A DNA stretch of 64,000 bases, taken from IMG/VR virus record IMGVR_UViG_3300021138_000004; one strand, given 5' to 3'. The notes under the pieces are model-generated. The model worked only from the letters and a program-made list of their open reading frames with translations, did no database searches and was not told where the DNA came from. Source of the stretch: a virus. Lineage: Duplodnaviria; Heunggongvirae; Uroviricota; Caudoviricetes. A program made the translations under genes and the position numbers. Below, in pieces: positions 9,297 through 19,211 of the stretch (position 1 is its first letter; every line of letters starts with the position of its first letter).

Positions 9297-9626
9297 TCAA
9301 GGTTTCTTTTTGTGTTTCTTTACCAACCGATAGCCTAGTGCATCGGCAGCCTGCGTGATCAATTCGAGATCACGATGCTCTTGCCCGGGCCGCCATGCAG
9401 TATATGCCAAAGGAGTGAATGACGAATAGTGCTCAAGAGCAACCAGCGTCTGAGTATCAGCGTGGACACACTCGACAACAGATCCGTAACGACCAAGGCC
9501 TGATGCGAGCTGCATATTAATGCCCAATGTGCTCATATCGTGACGGATTTTCTGCCCGAGTGCAGGATCCTTGCTCCACTCGTGAGTGGCATCGTTGTTG
9601 AGCATAACCACAGTTCGAAAACCCAT
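9297..9626 (-). CDS. hypothetical protein (109 aa)
   Basis: ORF track. Confidence 0.55.
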   Translation of the reverse strand: MGFRTVVMLNNDATHEWSKDPALGQKIRHDMSTLGINMQLASGLGRYGSVVECVHADTQTLVALEHYSSFTPLAYTAWRPGQEHRDLELITQAADALGYRLVKKHKKKP

Positions 9627-9627
9627 A

Positions 9628-9945
9628 TTATTTGCTCCAGTCGGGTATCTTGTCTACCCACTTGAGGCAGAAGTCGTTGTATCTTTGCTTATACACTCGG
9701 CTCTCGCGCCGGTTGAGAAAGAATCCTGCGACGCCGACTGCAATGCCGATACCATAGGCCCAAACCAGTGGCTGGTAGTGTGCGATATGATCAACAGTGA
9801 ACAACACACCGGTCAGCGAAAACAGCCAAATGCCGCTGAGCATCATCAACGGCAGTCCTACTGCACCATTGCTCTGTTGGAGCCGCCGCCATTCTGCACG
9901 GAATTGAAGAGAGTTATCCCAACCCTTTTTGTATTCGTTGTCCAT
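9628..9945 (-). CDS. membrane protein (two TM segments)
   Basis: ORF track; hydrophobic stretches. Confidence 0.6.
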   Translation of the reverse strand: MDNEYKKGWDNSLQFRAEWRRLQQSNGAVGLPLMMLSGIWLFSLTGVLFTVDHIAHYQPLVWAYGIGIAVGVAGFFLNRRESRVYKQRYNDFCLKWVDKIPDWSK

Positions 9946-10064
9946 TACGAAAATCCTTTCTTTCCGCGGCAGGCGCGCCGGCGCCCTTCCTTCTTCTTGT
10001 CCTTGACAATCTGCGGCTTGTTATAGCGCCACGCATTGCCTGCTACCGGATTCCGGGTCTTCAT
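9945..10064 (-). CDS. small basic protein (39 aa), below the ORF-track threshold
   Basis: ATG with GGAG RBS downstream of TTGACA-17-TATAAG promoter; stop overlaps next start (TAATG). Confidence 0.35.
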   Translation of the reverse strand: MKTRNPVAGNAWRYNKPQIVKDKKKEGRRRACRGKKGFS

Positions 10065-10123
10065 TGTCTGTCTCCTGTGCGTCATGAATTACTTATATGA
10101 CAACACATAGAAGATGTCAACGA

Positions 10124-10585
10124 TTAATCCACATAGTATCTTTTCTTTGCCACTCCATCTCCGATGGCAAATCTCTCTACCCCGACATATTGAATGTCTT
10201 CGAAGTAGCCAGAACCACGGTTGTCAATGGAAATATCACGCCCGAAGTCGTCCTTGAACTTGATAGTGTATTCTTCGGAATGTTCAGTGACGTACTTGGC
10301 CAGCTTGTCCGCTTGAGTTTCCGAAATCGTAGCATGAAGAATGTCGATCTTTCCATAAGCACGACCGAAGCTGTCTCCAGTGTCGTAGATCATATAGACC
10401 ACATAGACATATTCAGCATCATCGGGAACGACAAACGATTCGCTGCAATAAGGAACATAGGCATCGTCTGCAATACGATAGGCATCGGTCACACTCGAAG
10501 AATATTTTTCTTCCCAATCACCATACGCCACATCCTCAAAATACGAATGGGTGCAGTCTTCTTCATAGTCAACTCGGATACGCAT
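10124..10585 (-). CDS. hypothetical acidic protein (start MRIRVDYEED)
   Basis: ORF track 10124..10633; GGAGG RBS before internal ATG. Confidence 0.5.
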   Translation of the reverse strand: MRIRVDYEEDCTHSYFEDVAYGDWEEKYSSSVTDAYRIADDAYVPYCSESFVVPDDAEYVYVVYMIYDTGDSFGRAYGKIDILHATISETQADKLAKYVTEHSEEYTIKFKDDFGRDISIDNRGSGYFEDIQYVGVERFAIGDGVAKKRYYVD

Positions 10586-10586
10586 A

Positions 10587-10979
10587 TCAATCCTCCTCGT
10601 CGTAATCATCGATCCAGATATCATAGTTGTCATACCATGGATCGTTCTTGATCTCGGGCGTGTTCACCTTGGCCCACGCTAGGTATACTTCTGCATCAGC
10701 AAGATCATGGAACAGGTAGTGATCGTTGTGGTGTGCACCGATGTTGAGATCACCCAGGCATCCACTGGACTTGAATGTCTCGCTGCTCGACGAGCTGTCC
10801 ACATCATATTCGATCTCTCGAAAACCTGAATCATTGGTATGAAGATTGCGAACATTCTTCATCTCGGTCATGAAGCTGGCGCTGCCCAAGCCGTGGACAC
10901 CATACAGTGTCTTGCCTAGCAGACCGAACAGAATGGGCTTTTCTCTTTCGATTGCACCAAAGGGATAATTGTGAGTCAT
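10587..10979 (-). CDS. hypothetical protein (start MTHNYPFG)
   Basis: ORF track 10587..11318; AAGGAG RBS and TTGAC-17-TATAAG promoter upstream of internal ATG. Confidence 0.55.
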   Translation of the reverse strand: MTHNYPFGAIEREKPILFGLLGKTLYGVHGLGSASFMTEMKNVRNLHTNDSGFREIEYDVDSSSSSETFKSSGCLGDLNIGAHHNDHYLFHDLADAEVYLAWAKVNTPEIKNDPWYDNYDIWIDDYDEED

Positions 10980-11007
10980 TGTCGGTCTCCTTGCTTTGCT
11001 TATAGCA

Positions 11008-11373
11008 CTAGGGACGATAACCGTCAACAGGAATTTCTTCTCCGTCCGACAAAAGATCATCATGAAATTGCGCAAGGCGGCGAGGATATTCTGCAATCGC
11101 CCAGTCGATAATCTTCTGGACTTTTTGCTTGACATCTTGAATCGATGCAGGCAAATCGATGGAGATCCAACTGCTGTGATCAAGGCAGACCCGATCAATA
11201 CTGGGATCACACTTGTTGAGGTCGTCCTCCATGTCTTCCTGCAAGCGATGCAGAATGTTGGTGCGTTCGCTCCAGTACCACCGAGGTTCATTAGGCTGCA
11301 TCTGCCACATTGCATCAAATGGAGCCAATGCTTCGTCTAAGTGAAGTGTTGCGCCGTAAGTAATAGTGATCAT
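11008..11373 (-). CDS. hypothetical protein (121 aa)
   Basis: ORF track. Confidence 0.6.
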   Translation of the reverse strand: MITITYGATLHLDEALAPFDAMWQMQPNEPRWYWSERTNILHRLQEDMEDDLNKCDPSIDRVCLDHSSWISIDLPASIQDVKQKVQKIIDWAIAEYPRRLAQFHDDLLSDGEEIPVDGYRP

Positions 11374-11406
11374 TTCACGATTCCTTGTTGTTTGTGCTAT
11401 ACTAGC

Positions 11407-11652
11407 CTAGGCAGCTTGCAGCAGGAGGTCTTCTTGCTCGAGTTGGCGATAGTATTCGCAACGAGCAAGGAAATCCTCAGGTGATTCGTTGTGATACGGG
11501 CGTTCACCGTATTCCTTGATGATGTCGCGGATTTCGCGCGGAAGGCTGTCGTAGTATTCCATTTCTTCGGCAGCCCACATCTTGATTTGTTCGTTGATAA
11601 AGATCATTTCCCAATCTCCTTGTTTTGTGTGTTGCGTATAGCGTAACAGCAC
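11407..11652 (-). CDS. hypothetical protein (81 aa)
   Basis: ORF track. Confidence 0.6.
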   Translation of the reverse strand: MLLRYTQHTKQGDWEMIFINEQIKMWAAEEMEYYDSLPREIRDIIKEYGERPYHNESPEDFLARCEYYRQLEQEDLLLQAA

Positions 11653-12599
11653 TAGGCTGTCACGAGGCCTTCTCCGCGGCTACTTTGAGCAGCTGACTTG
11701 CATAGACTGCGATACGCGGCCCTGCTGAGCGCCCTGCCCTTGCTGTCATATTCCTGAACAACCGTTTCGGTAATGACCGGTGCGTCATACTCGGTGTTGA
11801 CCGTTCCTTCGAGTGTTTCGTCGGCGCCCAACTCGCCGACGATCTCATACCTGCAGCTTCGACCCTTGCTGTCATTGTAATCGCTCGGAATCGACACCAC
11901 ATCGCGCGGGTTGATCTTGAGGATCATGATGCGATCACCGCCGAAGTAATTCAGGTAGTGCTGGCTGCAAAAGTGCAGGCCCTCGGAGCAGGTACGATCC
12001 TTGTCATCGTCGACAGCGTTGCGATCCATGCTGACCACAGTAATGCCGTTTTCAACAGCAACAGTGACCTTGCCGGCCTTCATGGGCATCGCAGCCGCTT
12101 CTTCAACAGTGAGCAGATCAGCGGGCTTGTTCAGCACCGTGCCTGAATGGATATCGAAGTAGTCGTTGCGGACCTTCTTGTAGGCCAGGAAATGACCATC
12201 AGGAGTGATGGGCAGTTCGCCCTTTTCCAGGAACCCATAAAGCTCGTCCACAGCCCGCTTCGAAGGATTCTGCATCAGGTTTTCCATGAACAGCACCATG
12301 GGCTCAATGCTGAAGCCTTCCTGATACATATTGATGATCTTGATGGCCAGCGAGTTGTGAAGCTTGTCACCCTTCCAGAACAGCGTATCGCCCTGGATGG
12401 TCACATTGCCCTGGCCGTAGTTGATCACAGTGGCCTTCGGATCGATCAGCTCGTCGATAGCAGCCCAGTCACTGGCCTTGATCGCGTCGATGATGCGGTT
12501 GTAGAACAAATGGGTGGAAGAAAAAGCGTGTGGCTTGTTGCCGATGACCACCGTCACATTTTTTCCCTGGACGATGAACGGATACCCCTTAGTATTCAT
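11652..12599 (-). CDS. rIIB: rIIB membrane-associated protein
   Basis: FMENLMQNPSKRAVDELYGFL, DGHFLAYKKVRNDYFDIHS, DRTCSEGLHFCSQHYLNYFG and PRDVVSIPSDYNDSKGRSCRYEIV match conserved T4 rIIB blocks recalled from memory; size about 315 aa. Confidence 0.85.
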   Translation of the reverse strand: MNTKGYPFIVQGKNVTVVIGNKPHAFSSTHLFYNRIIDAIKASDWAAIDELIDPKATVINYGQGNVTIQGDTLFWKGDKLHNSLAIKIINMYQEGFSIEPMVLFMENLMQNPSKRAVDELYGFLEKGELPITPDGHFLAYKKVRNDYFDIHSGTVLNKPADLLTVEEAAAMPMKAGKVTVAVENGITVVSMDRNAVDDDKDRTCSEGLHFCSQHYLNYFGGDRIMILKINPRDVVSIPSDYNDSKGRSCRYEIVGELGADETLEGTVNTEYDAPVITETVVQEYDSKGRALSRAAYRSLCKSAAQSSRGEGLVTA

Positions 12600-12659
12600 A
12601 ATTAACTTACTCCTTGTGAGTGTGTAGTGCCTAACTTGTCTCTGTAGTATATACGAAAT

Positions 12660-13403
12660 CTAAAGCGTGTCAACTGATTCTTGTCGGAAAAAATATCCTT
12701 TATGTATTTTATTCCTTCCACGAATACAGCTTCGAACTGATGAATAACAAAATCCATTGGCTTTGATTTCTTTGCAGCCTTTCATTCTTATTTCGGGACC
12801 TCCTTCTAATGGTGTTGCAATTATCTCTCCTTTATATGAGGGATTTAATTCTTTGTCAAGACCTTTGTGTCCTTTGTTTGCTAAAGAAATTTTCTGTTTT
12901 GATTCGTTTGAGTGATTTCCCCACGAACGACCCTTTGCGCGGTCGCTTATTTTCTTGGCTACTTCGGGTCGTTTAGAAACATTCCCGTCGCCCTGTTGCC
13001 GAATATTCGGCCGGCCTTTTAATGTCTTACTTGTCTTCTCTCGGGTTTCTGCGGATACGATCCGACCTGAGTTTCGTTGGCTCACTTCGTCAGCATATCG
13101 CCTGCGTATCCATCCAAACAGCTTGTTAGTAGTGCGCGGAGTGTTTTTGTTAGACATTGACATAGCCTGACAGGCATATACTAAAGATGGCTCGGTTGGA
13201 TAAATCTTAACCAACAGTAAATGAGCTATCCAATGCTCCTCTGGAGTGAGATAAATCAAGTTGAGCTTGTCGTTAGATCCGCCCATGCATCGAGGAACTA
13301 TATGGTGCCGTTCATAATATACATACCCCGGCATTCCTCTGCGTTTTTTGGTGCGTCCTTGTGACCTTGCTATTAGTTGGTTATATACCTTTTGATAATC
13401 CAT
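12660..13403 (-). CDS. HNH homing endonuclease with NUMOD-like basic repeats
   Basis: YERHHIVPRCMGGSNDKLNLIYLTPEEHWIAHLL HNH motif; lies between rIIA and rIIB. Confidence 0.8.
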   Translation of the reverse strand: MDYQKVYNQLIARSQGRTKKRRGMPGYVYYERHHIVPRCMGGSNDKLNLIYLTPEEHWIAHLLLVKIYPTEPSLVYACQAMSMSNKNTPRTTNKLFGWIRRRYADEVSQRNSGRIVSAETREKTSKTLKGRPNIRQQGDGNVSKRPEVAKKISDRAKGRSWGNHSNESKQKISLANKGHKGLDKELNPSYKGEIIATPLEGGPEIRMKGCKEIKANGFCYSSVRSCIRGRNKIHKGYFFRQESVDTL

Positions 13404-13457
13404 ACTTTATCCTCCACACTATTTAGTCGTGCTTTGGATAAAGTATGGATATGCCGA

Positions 13458-15611
13458 TTATTTTCCTTTCGCAGCATCCACAAGCCGGATGTATTCAGCG
13501 ACAGCAGTCGCTTCGGCATAGTGATTGATCTGCGACAGTAGCGGATACCGATTGACCGAGCTGCGAAGCGCGGCAGTTTCGACATCAACTTTGACAGTCA
13601 CATCCTTCTGAGTGATCTTGTCACCATATGCAGTGATCAGCGAGCGCAGAGCATGATGATCGAACTTGATCTTGTCAGCAGCACGGATAGCTTCGATCGA
13701 AGTCTTATACGGGCTGTCTGCGGCAATCAACTTCAGCACATCGTCGGTGTAGCGATAACGGTCACCGTTGTCAACCATCGATGCAGCCATCTTCGAAATA
13801 GTTGCTGCATCAATGCCGTTGATCGTGTCAACGACCACAGTTTCGAAGTTAACCCAATTAGCCATATTCGCAATCGCATCGCGAGCGTCCTTGCGAAGTC
13901 CGTAGACCTTAATACCCTCGGCGAACAGGCCTGCCGAAACTGCCTTGCGAACCAACTCACTGACTTCGATCTGGCCTTCAAGCTCGGCGGTCAGTGCCTT
14001 GATGGGCACATAGTAATGAGTCGCAGTCTTGTCAAAGCTGGCAATGGGCTTGTCTTCGCGCCAGACCAAGTCTGCATCACGCGACCGATAGGCATAGCTG
14101 CCGGCGTTGCGCTTCTGCAGGACGAACGCATTGGACAGCACAGGAGCCGCAGCAGGACCACGCACGGCCTTCTCCGACGGCGTGAGCGCGCTGACCATGA
14201 TCTGCTTGGGCGGATTGTGCAGCGCCTTGATCAAGGCTGCGGTGTTCATGGGCACCTTCTTGTCAATGGGCTGAGCAAGCCAAACAATATGCTCACCATA
14301 GAGCGCCTTGAAGTGCCGCTTGGCACGAATCAGCGGATTGCTCTGACCGTCGTTGATCACAAGATTGAAGTGGCTGGCCACAGGAATCTGCCAAAAACTG
14401 ACCGAACCTTTGCTGACATGATCGTATTCGGTATCAACGCGGATGGTCTTGACGACATCACTGTAGCTAGCGGACCTGAAGGCCGAGAAGCTGATGTTCC
14501 ATTTGACAAGATCAGCAGCATTGATCCGCAAACGATTGACGTGCGGGCGACCGTAGTAGCCATTGGAAATCAAATCGTTTGGATTGTTGTTGAGATATTG
14601 CGTGGCAGCAGCCTGCGTCAGCTTGCTGGCGCCGAACTTCTCAAGCTGGAGAGCAAAATCCCATTCGTTGGTATACTGCTTCAATTCTTCGGCAATATAC
14701 GATTCAAGGTGATCGGCAACAGCCTGCAGCTTGGCCTTGATTGCAGCAATGGTCTCCGGAATGTAGCTGAGACCTTCGCGTGATGCCTGGATGTCAAGCT
14801 CACCGATGTCAAAGTGCAGCTCGAGGCCGCACTCGAGCACTTGTGCAAGATCACCGAGGTTAGCCACCGCGTTGGGCACCTGCAACGGATAACCAATGTT
14901 ACCCATCACTGCGGTGCTGTAGTGGCTGCGACCGAGCTCATGCACGCCGGGCATGATGTCCTTGCGAGCATAGTTGACAGTCTCGGGCTCAAACCCGTCA
15001 ACGCCGATCACGTTGGGCTTGGTAGCGAAATACTTGAACACTTCGCGAGCTTCTTGGTGGAACTTGCGGAAGTCGTAGCTGTCATTGACACCAAAACGGA
15101 CTTCAACACCGTTCGGATCAGTAGTCTCTTCTTCCATCATCAGTGCGATCGACGGAACACCGTGTTCGTTGATGAACGCAGTATATACGCCGCGCCGGCC
15201 GTCCTTGACTGCGGTAACAGTGAAGTTATCGGTATAGGAAAACGCAGCCTTGGAACCAAGACCGAGGCCGCCGATAACGTCGTTCGACTCAGACTTGGTC
15301 GACTCGAAGTAGGTGGTGTAAATCTGCACCACGCCTTCATGGCTCAAACCGATGCCGTAGTCGCGAACAGCGAACCAAGGCTCCAAGGTGTTCGGAAGAT
15401 GCACATCGAACGGGCAATCAGCGCGGCCAGCCATGATGTGCGAATCCCAAGCATTGCAGGAATACTCGCGGATGATCGCCTTGATCTTGTTGGCATACAA
15501 GCCGCTGGAAAGAATCGAAAATGCCTTTGCGCTATTGCGAATGCGGAACTCACCAGTTTCGCCGACATTGCTGAGAACAGGCAAATTCTCAGCAGCACTC
15601 TTGATGATCAT
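13458..15611 (-). CDS. rIIA: rIIA protein (GHKL-type ATPase fold)
   Basis: EYSCNAWDS (N box), VRDYGIGL (G1), GGLGLGSKAAF (G2); about 717 aa; immediately upstream of rIIB as in T-even phages; start at MIIKSAAENL with AAGGA RBS. Confidence 0.85.
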   Translation of the reverse strand: MIIKSAAENLPVLSNVGETGEFRIRNSAKAFSILSSGLYANKIKAIIREYSCNAWDSHIMAGRADCPFDVHLPNTLEPWFAVRDYGIGLSHEGVVQIYTTYFESTKSESNDVIGGLGLGSKAAFSYTDNFTVTAVKDGRRGVYTAFINEHGVPSIALMMEEETTDPNGVEVRFGVNDSYDFRKFHQEAREVFKYFATKPNVIGVDGFEPETVNYARKDIMPGVHELGRSHYSTAVMGNIGYPLQVPNAVANLGDLAQVLECGLELHFDIGELDIQASREGLSYIPETIAAIKAKLQAVADHLESYIAEELKQYTNEWDFALQLEKFGASKLTQAAATQYLNNNPNDLISNGYYGRPHVNRLRINAADLVKWNISFSAFRSASYSDVVKTIRVDTEYDHVSKGSVSFWQIPVASHFNLVINDGQSNPLIRAKRHFKALYGEHIVWLAQPIDKKVPMNTAALIKALHNPPKQIMVSALTPSEKAVRGPAAAPVLSNAFVLQKRNAGSYAYRSRDADLVWREDKPIASFDKTATHYYVPIKALTAELEGQIEVSELVRKAVSAGLFAEGIKVYGLRKDARDAIANMANWVNFETVVVDTINGIDAATISKMAASMVDNGDRYRYTDDVLKLIAADSPYKTSIEAIRAADKIKFDHHALRSLITAYGDKITQKDVTVKVDVETAALRSSVNRYPLLSQINHYAEATAVAEYIRLVDAAKGK

Positions 15612-15679
15612 TGTGTAGTCCTTCTGTTGCTGTCTACCTCTCTGTTTTAGCAGAAAAGTAGACAGCGTCAAGTGGTTTT

Positions 15680-15850
15680 TTAGGCTTTGTTATCGATCCT
15701 GAAGACCATTTGTCTCCATTGCCGCTCCAACTCAAGGACCACGGTGTCCCAATAGGCTCGTGCCCATTCACCTACGGCAAGATCGAGCGCATCACGGGCA
15801 GAGTCGAGCCTACGACCTGCTTGATTGATTTCTTCTTCGCATCCAAACAT
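15680..15850 (-). CDS. small hypothetical protein (56 aa, start MFGCEEEINQ)
   Basis: ORF track 15680..16024 truncated to ATG that follows TTGACC-17-TATAAC promoter and RBS. Confidence 0.45.
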   Translation of the reverse strand: MFGCEEEINQAGRRLDSARDALDLAVGEWARAYWDTVVLELERQWRQMVFRIDNKA

Positions 15851-15987
15851 TGTTACCCTTTCTGGACGTTGTGAGTTTGTCGTTATAGCAGCATTAGATG
15901 ACAAGGTCAACGGATAAAGATAAATAAAAGTGCCAATCGCGATCCTGCAAGATCCATTGGCCCTAACGCTTACAAGGAGCATCAGCA

Positions 15988-16599
15988 ATGAATATTTATT
16001 ACGTCTACGCATACCTTCGAACAAAAGATCTCACACCATATTACATCGGCAAAGGTAAAGGTCGCAGGGTTTATGAAAAACATAACGTCCCTGTTCCTTC
16101 TGATAAATCCCGTATCGTGTTTCTTGAAAAAAACCTAACTGATATCGGCGCGTGTGCATTAGAGCGAAGATATATTCGTTGGTATGGACGAAAAGATATC
16201 AACACTGGAATACTCCGGAATAGGACCGACGGCGGCGAAGGAACTTCTGGTTTCATCCGTGACCAAGAATTGGTAGTTAGAACAATGGAAACCAGAAGAA
16301 AAAACGGAACGTGGTCGACAGTTACTCCGGAATCTATTGCGTTGAGAACAGAAACTAGAAAACGCAATGGTTACCAATTTACAGAAAAATCTGCGGAAAA
16401 AATGCGCCAAACAAAAAATAAAAATGGAACCTCTAATTCTAATTCTCCGGAGTCTAATGCTAAACGAGTCGCTACTCGAAAGAGTAATGGCACCTACAAA
16501 CAGACTCCGGAGTCGATCGCCAAAATGCTAGAAACAAAGAGGCGAAATAAAGAATTAAGACTTAGTAGTAACATTGGATTTGAAAAGCATACCGGTTAG
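15988..16599 (+). CDS. GIY-YIG homing endonuclease (Seg-like) with NUMOD3-type repeats
   Basis: [33 protein letters not shown] motif; repeated SPESIAxxxETRKRNG units; AAGGAG RBS. Confidence 0.85.
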   Translation: MNIYYVYAYLRTKDLTPYYIGKGKGRRVYEKHNVPVPSDKSRIVFLEKNLTDIGACALERRYIRWYGRKDINTGILRNRTDGGEGTSGFIRDQELVVRTMETRRKNGTWSTVTPESIALRTETRKRNGYQFTEKSAEKMRQTKNKNGTSNSNSPESNAKRVATRKSNGTYKQTPESIAKMLETKRRNKELRLSSNIGFEKHTG

Positions 16600-16770
16600 C
16601 ACCGACAGCCCCCACGCCTGGCCCCAACCGATCTGATGAAGCCCCGATACTGCGTCAACAAGGCAGCCGTTCCACAGCCACATCACGGGCAGCGCAAACA
16701 GGAGGCCGATAACGAAAATAGCGAGGATGCCAAGCACGGCAACACCGACAACAGTAGAAATAGTATTCAT
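16555..16770 (-). CDS. small membrane protein (start [12 protein letters not shown])
   Basis: ORF track 16555..16818; AAGGAG RBS before internal ATG; 3' end overlaps the HEG. Confidence 0.5.
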   Translation of the reverse strand: MNTISTVVGVAVLGILAIFVIGLLFALPVMWLWNGCLVDAVSGLHQIGWGQAWGLSVLTGMLFKSNVTTKS

Positions 16771-16804
16771 TTTTTTCTCCTTCTTTCGAGTTGGCAATTC
16801 GCCA

Positions 16805-17200
16805 TCAAGCTTCAGCAAAGACCACCCCTGCTTCTGCCAGTTCTTGAACCATCATTTTCGCAGCAGCATCTCTGGCGTCCGCCGCCTGTGCGAGAATCGA
16901 ATTGGGTTTTACCACGCCGCCACGCAGCTTCTTGGGCTTGATATCCACAAGGTCTGCGAGTTTGCGCTTGCGAGCTTCTGCCTCCATTGTTGCTCGAACT
17001 TCGGCATTGCCGTTGTCGAAGTCAATGCGGAACAGATACCGCAGGGTGTCATCCTTGGACATTGCATTCCGCAATTGGATCATGTCAATTTTATTATGAC
17101 CACACTTGATAAGGACTGCTACTCGTTCAGCACTGTTTGCCCATCGAACCCGCATTTTTCCTTCTAAGCATGACACTCCTGCATAGGTAAAAGTGGACAT
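16805..17200 (-). CDS. hypothetical protein, paralog of 517..1053 (start MSTFTYAGVS)
   Basis: ORF track 16805..17299; AAGGAG RBS; TTGACA-17-TATAAC promoter. Confidence 0.6.
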   Translation of the reverse strand: MSTFTYAGVSCLEGKMRVRWANSAERVAVLIKCGHNKIDMIQLRNAMSKDDTLRYLFRIDFDNGNAEVRATMEAEARKRKLADLVDIKPKKLRGGVVKPNSILAQAADARDAAAKMMVQELAEAGVVFAEA

Positions 17201-17339
17201 AAACTTCTCCTTATTGCTGTCTATGGATGTGTTATAGCAAGATCTAGCTAGTATGTCAAGCGGTAATGATAAATAAAAGTGCAAACCGCGATACCGCAAA
17301 TATCCGTTTGCTCTAACAGTTTAAGAGGAACTATCAGCG

Positions 17340-17993
17340 ATGTATTTACACAACAAATATTCTAAATGGTATAATTCGATTATCGAAAGAGCGCGTTCTC
17401 GTTCAATTGAGGGTTATACTGAATCACACCATATTATTCCTAAATGTATAGGCGGCACTAACAAGAAAGAAAATCTAGTGCGTCTTACCTATCGTGAACA
17501 TCGACTATGCCATTTATTGCTACCATATATGGTTACCTCTGAATACAAAGGACTGATGTGGAGGGCTGCAAAAGGTGTTCTAATGTATAATGGGCCAAAT
17601 CATGAACGGGTTGAAAGTAGAAGCCGATTAGCTGAGAAAGCTAGGATCGAAGCTACTTCGTCTCGCAAAGGTATTCCTCGCAGTCCGGAAACTATCGCTA
17701 AAATAAAAGCTACCAAAGCAGCGCGTCCGATGTCCGATGAAAATCGCGAACTATCTCGACAAAAACGAATTCGAGCAAACCAATCTCGAAAAGGAATGCC
17801 ACATAGTGCTGAACATAATCGAAAAGTTTCGGAATCACGAAACGGACAACAGTCACCAAATAAAGGAAAATCGATGAGCTTCGAGCAGCGCCAAAAAATA
17901 AGCGAAGCTCATAAGGGAAAAATAAGGAGCGTCGAACATTGTCAAAATATCAGCAAAGCAAAGACGACCGAGCTTAAGAATCGATCTACCTAA
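17340..17993 (+). CDS. HNH homing endonuclease with NUMOD3-type repeats
   Basis: ESHHIIPKCIGGTNKKENLVRLTYREHRLCHLL; repeated SPETIAKIKATK / SAEHNRKVSESR units. Confidence 0.85.
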   Translation: MYLHNKYSKWYNSIIERARSRSIEGYTESHHIIPKCIGGTNKKENLVRLTYREHRLCHLLLPYMVTSEYKGLMWRAAKGVLMYNGPNHERVESRSRLAEKARIEATSSRKGIPRSPETIAKIKATKAARPMSDENRELSRQKRIRANQSRKGMPHSAEHNRKVSESRNGQQSPNKGKSMSFEQRQKISEAHKGKIRSVEHCQNISKAKTTELKNRST

Positions 17994-18008
17994 CCTTAGT
18001 GAAGAATG

Positions 18009-18125
18009 TCAACGGTATTTCCGCATCACCCAACGAAAAATCTCATTGAAGATTTGTGCAACGATAAAAAGGACGACAAATCCTATGACTCGAATTGGCC
18101 ATATTGGTTTGTCGTCCTTGCTCAT
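18009..18125 (-). CDS. small membrane protein (38 aa)
   Basis: ATG overlapping upstream stop; hydrophobic core VIGFVVLFIVAQIF. Confidence 0.35.
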   Translation of the reverse strand: MSKDDKPIWPIRVIGFVVLFIVAQIFNEIFRWVMRKYR

Positions 18126-18126
18126 C

Positions 18127-18318
18127 TTACCACTCCAACGTATAGCCGTCTGCAGGTTTGTATGTATAGTGACGCAGATCTCGGACTTCTTCGTGCATGG
18201 CGGTGCCCGACCATCCTTGATAGCGGAGGCACTCAACGAACTCGCCGTCCTTGTAGACATTGACATGATAGTCTAGCATCTTGCTCTGGCCAGGCGTATC
18301 GAGTTTTTGGACTTCCAT
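18127..18318 (-). CDS. hypothetical protein (63 aa, start MEVQKLD)
   Basis: ORF track 18127..18807 truncated; GGAGG RBS. Confidence 0.5.
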   Translation of the reverse strand: MEVQKLDTPGQSKMLDYHVNVYKDGEFVECLRYQGWSGTAMHEEVRDLRHYTYKPADGYTLEW

Positions 18319-18343
18319 TGTGTGCCTCCTTTGTTGCTGTGTT

Positions 18344-18826
18344 TTACGCGGCCCGCTGGGCGTTGTCAAGCTCGATTGCAGTCTCGAGCAGCGTAAAGAC
18401 GGGCAAGCCGGCCTCGTCAGTTTCCTCATGATCGTTGACATACCAAACACCGTCGATGCTGAGGTAATTGTATTCCTGTCCGAGCTCAGAGAGCCATTCG
18501 ACTGCATCCTTGTAGGTCTTGGCTTCACAGTTCTTTTCGCCTCGATCACGCCCGTAGAACAGACACCAGCCGTCATACTTGTCCCGATGAGCAATCCATT
18601 CATCGGTACCATACTTGAATGGATTGCCGAACGGGTGCTGCTCGCCGATCTCTGGACGGAGGCAGCTGACATCGCCCAGCGACAGCAGAGTGTCCAGCTT
18701 TTGAGCGTGATTGTAATAATTCTGCAAGATATAGCCATTGTAGCTGATGTAACCATCCCAGTGACAATATAGGGCCGTAATGCTACCATCCCCATTTTTG
18801 CGTCCAATACTCGAGCGTGTTGCCAT
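18344..18826 (-). CDS. hypothetical protein (160 aa)
   Basis: ORF track; AAGGAG RBS; promoter 18851..18882. Confidence 0.65.
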   Translation of the reverse strand: MATRSSIGRKNGDGSITALYCHWDGYISYNGYILQNYYNHAQKLDTLLSLGDVSCLRPEIGEQHPFGNPFKYGTDEWIAHRDKYDGWCLFYGRDRGEKNCEAKTYKDAVEWLSELGQEYNYLSIDGVWYVNDHEETDEAGLPVFTLLETAIELDNAQRAA

Positions 18827-18850
18827 TTACCTTACTCCTTTGTTTGTGTG

Positions 18851-18882
18851 TTGACACTAGCAACCTGCGTCCCTAGTGTCAA
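18851..18882 (-). promoter_or_regulatory. palindromic sigma70-like promoter (TTGACACTAG...CTAGTGTCAA)
   Basis: minus strand TTGACA-17-TAGTGT; 10-bp perfect inverted repeat covers both elements. Confidence 0.5.
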
Positions 18883-18887
18883 CCTGA

Positions 18888-19199
18888 TTAATCGCCGCTG
18901 TCGATGGTGTAATGGTCCCCGCAGTGCTTGCAGGTGTAGCCCCAATAGCAATTGCCTTTCTGATAGCCTTCGTATTCGTGAACACAAGGCTCACCGTTGT
19001 CTCGGCGTGGCCGCACCTGACCGGTAGGATATCCCGGAAACTGAGTCTGTCCACCGCAGTTCTTGCAAGGAACAGTATCGGTTTCCTTATCATACCCATA
19101 CCAGCCATACTTGATTCCGTAGTCGCGAGTGATGTCGTTTTCACAAGGAACTCGAAGAGTACCGTTGCAGACCGGACAAGTGCAAAGACCTTCAATCAT
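18888..19199 (-). CDS. Cys-rich zinc-ribbon-like protein (103 aa)
   Basis: CxxC pairs (CTCPVC, CKNCGG, CKHCG); GGAG RBS. Confidence 0.6.
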   Translation of the reverse strand: MIEGLCTCPVCNGTLRVPCENDITRDYGIKYGWYGYDKETDTVPCKNCGGQTQFPGYPTGQVRPRRDNGEPCVHEYEGYQKGNCYWGYTCKHCGDHYTIDSGD

Positions 19200-19211
19200 T
19201 GTATATTCTCC

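Noticed and set aside
12147-12605. 152-aa plus-strand ORF antisense to rIIB
   Set aside because: It lies entirely within the well-supported rIIB gene and has no RBS or promoter.
13653-15650. Long plus-strand ORFs (376 aa and 278 aa) antisense to rIIA
   Set aside because: rIIA is recognised by conserved GHKL ATPase motifs on the minus strand with promoter and RBS. GC-rich DNA generates long spurious antisense ORFs.
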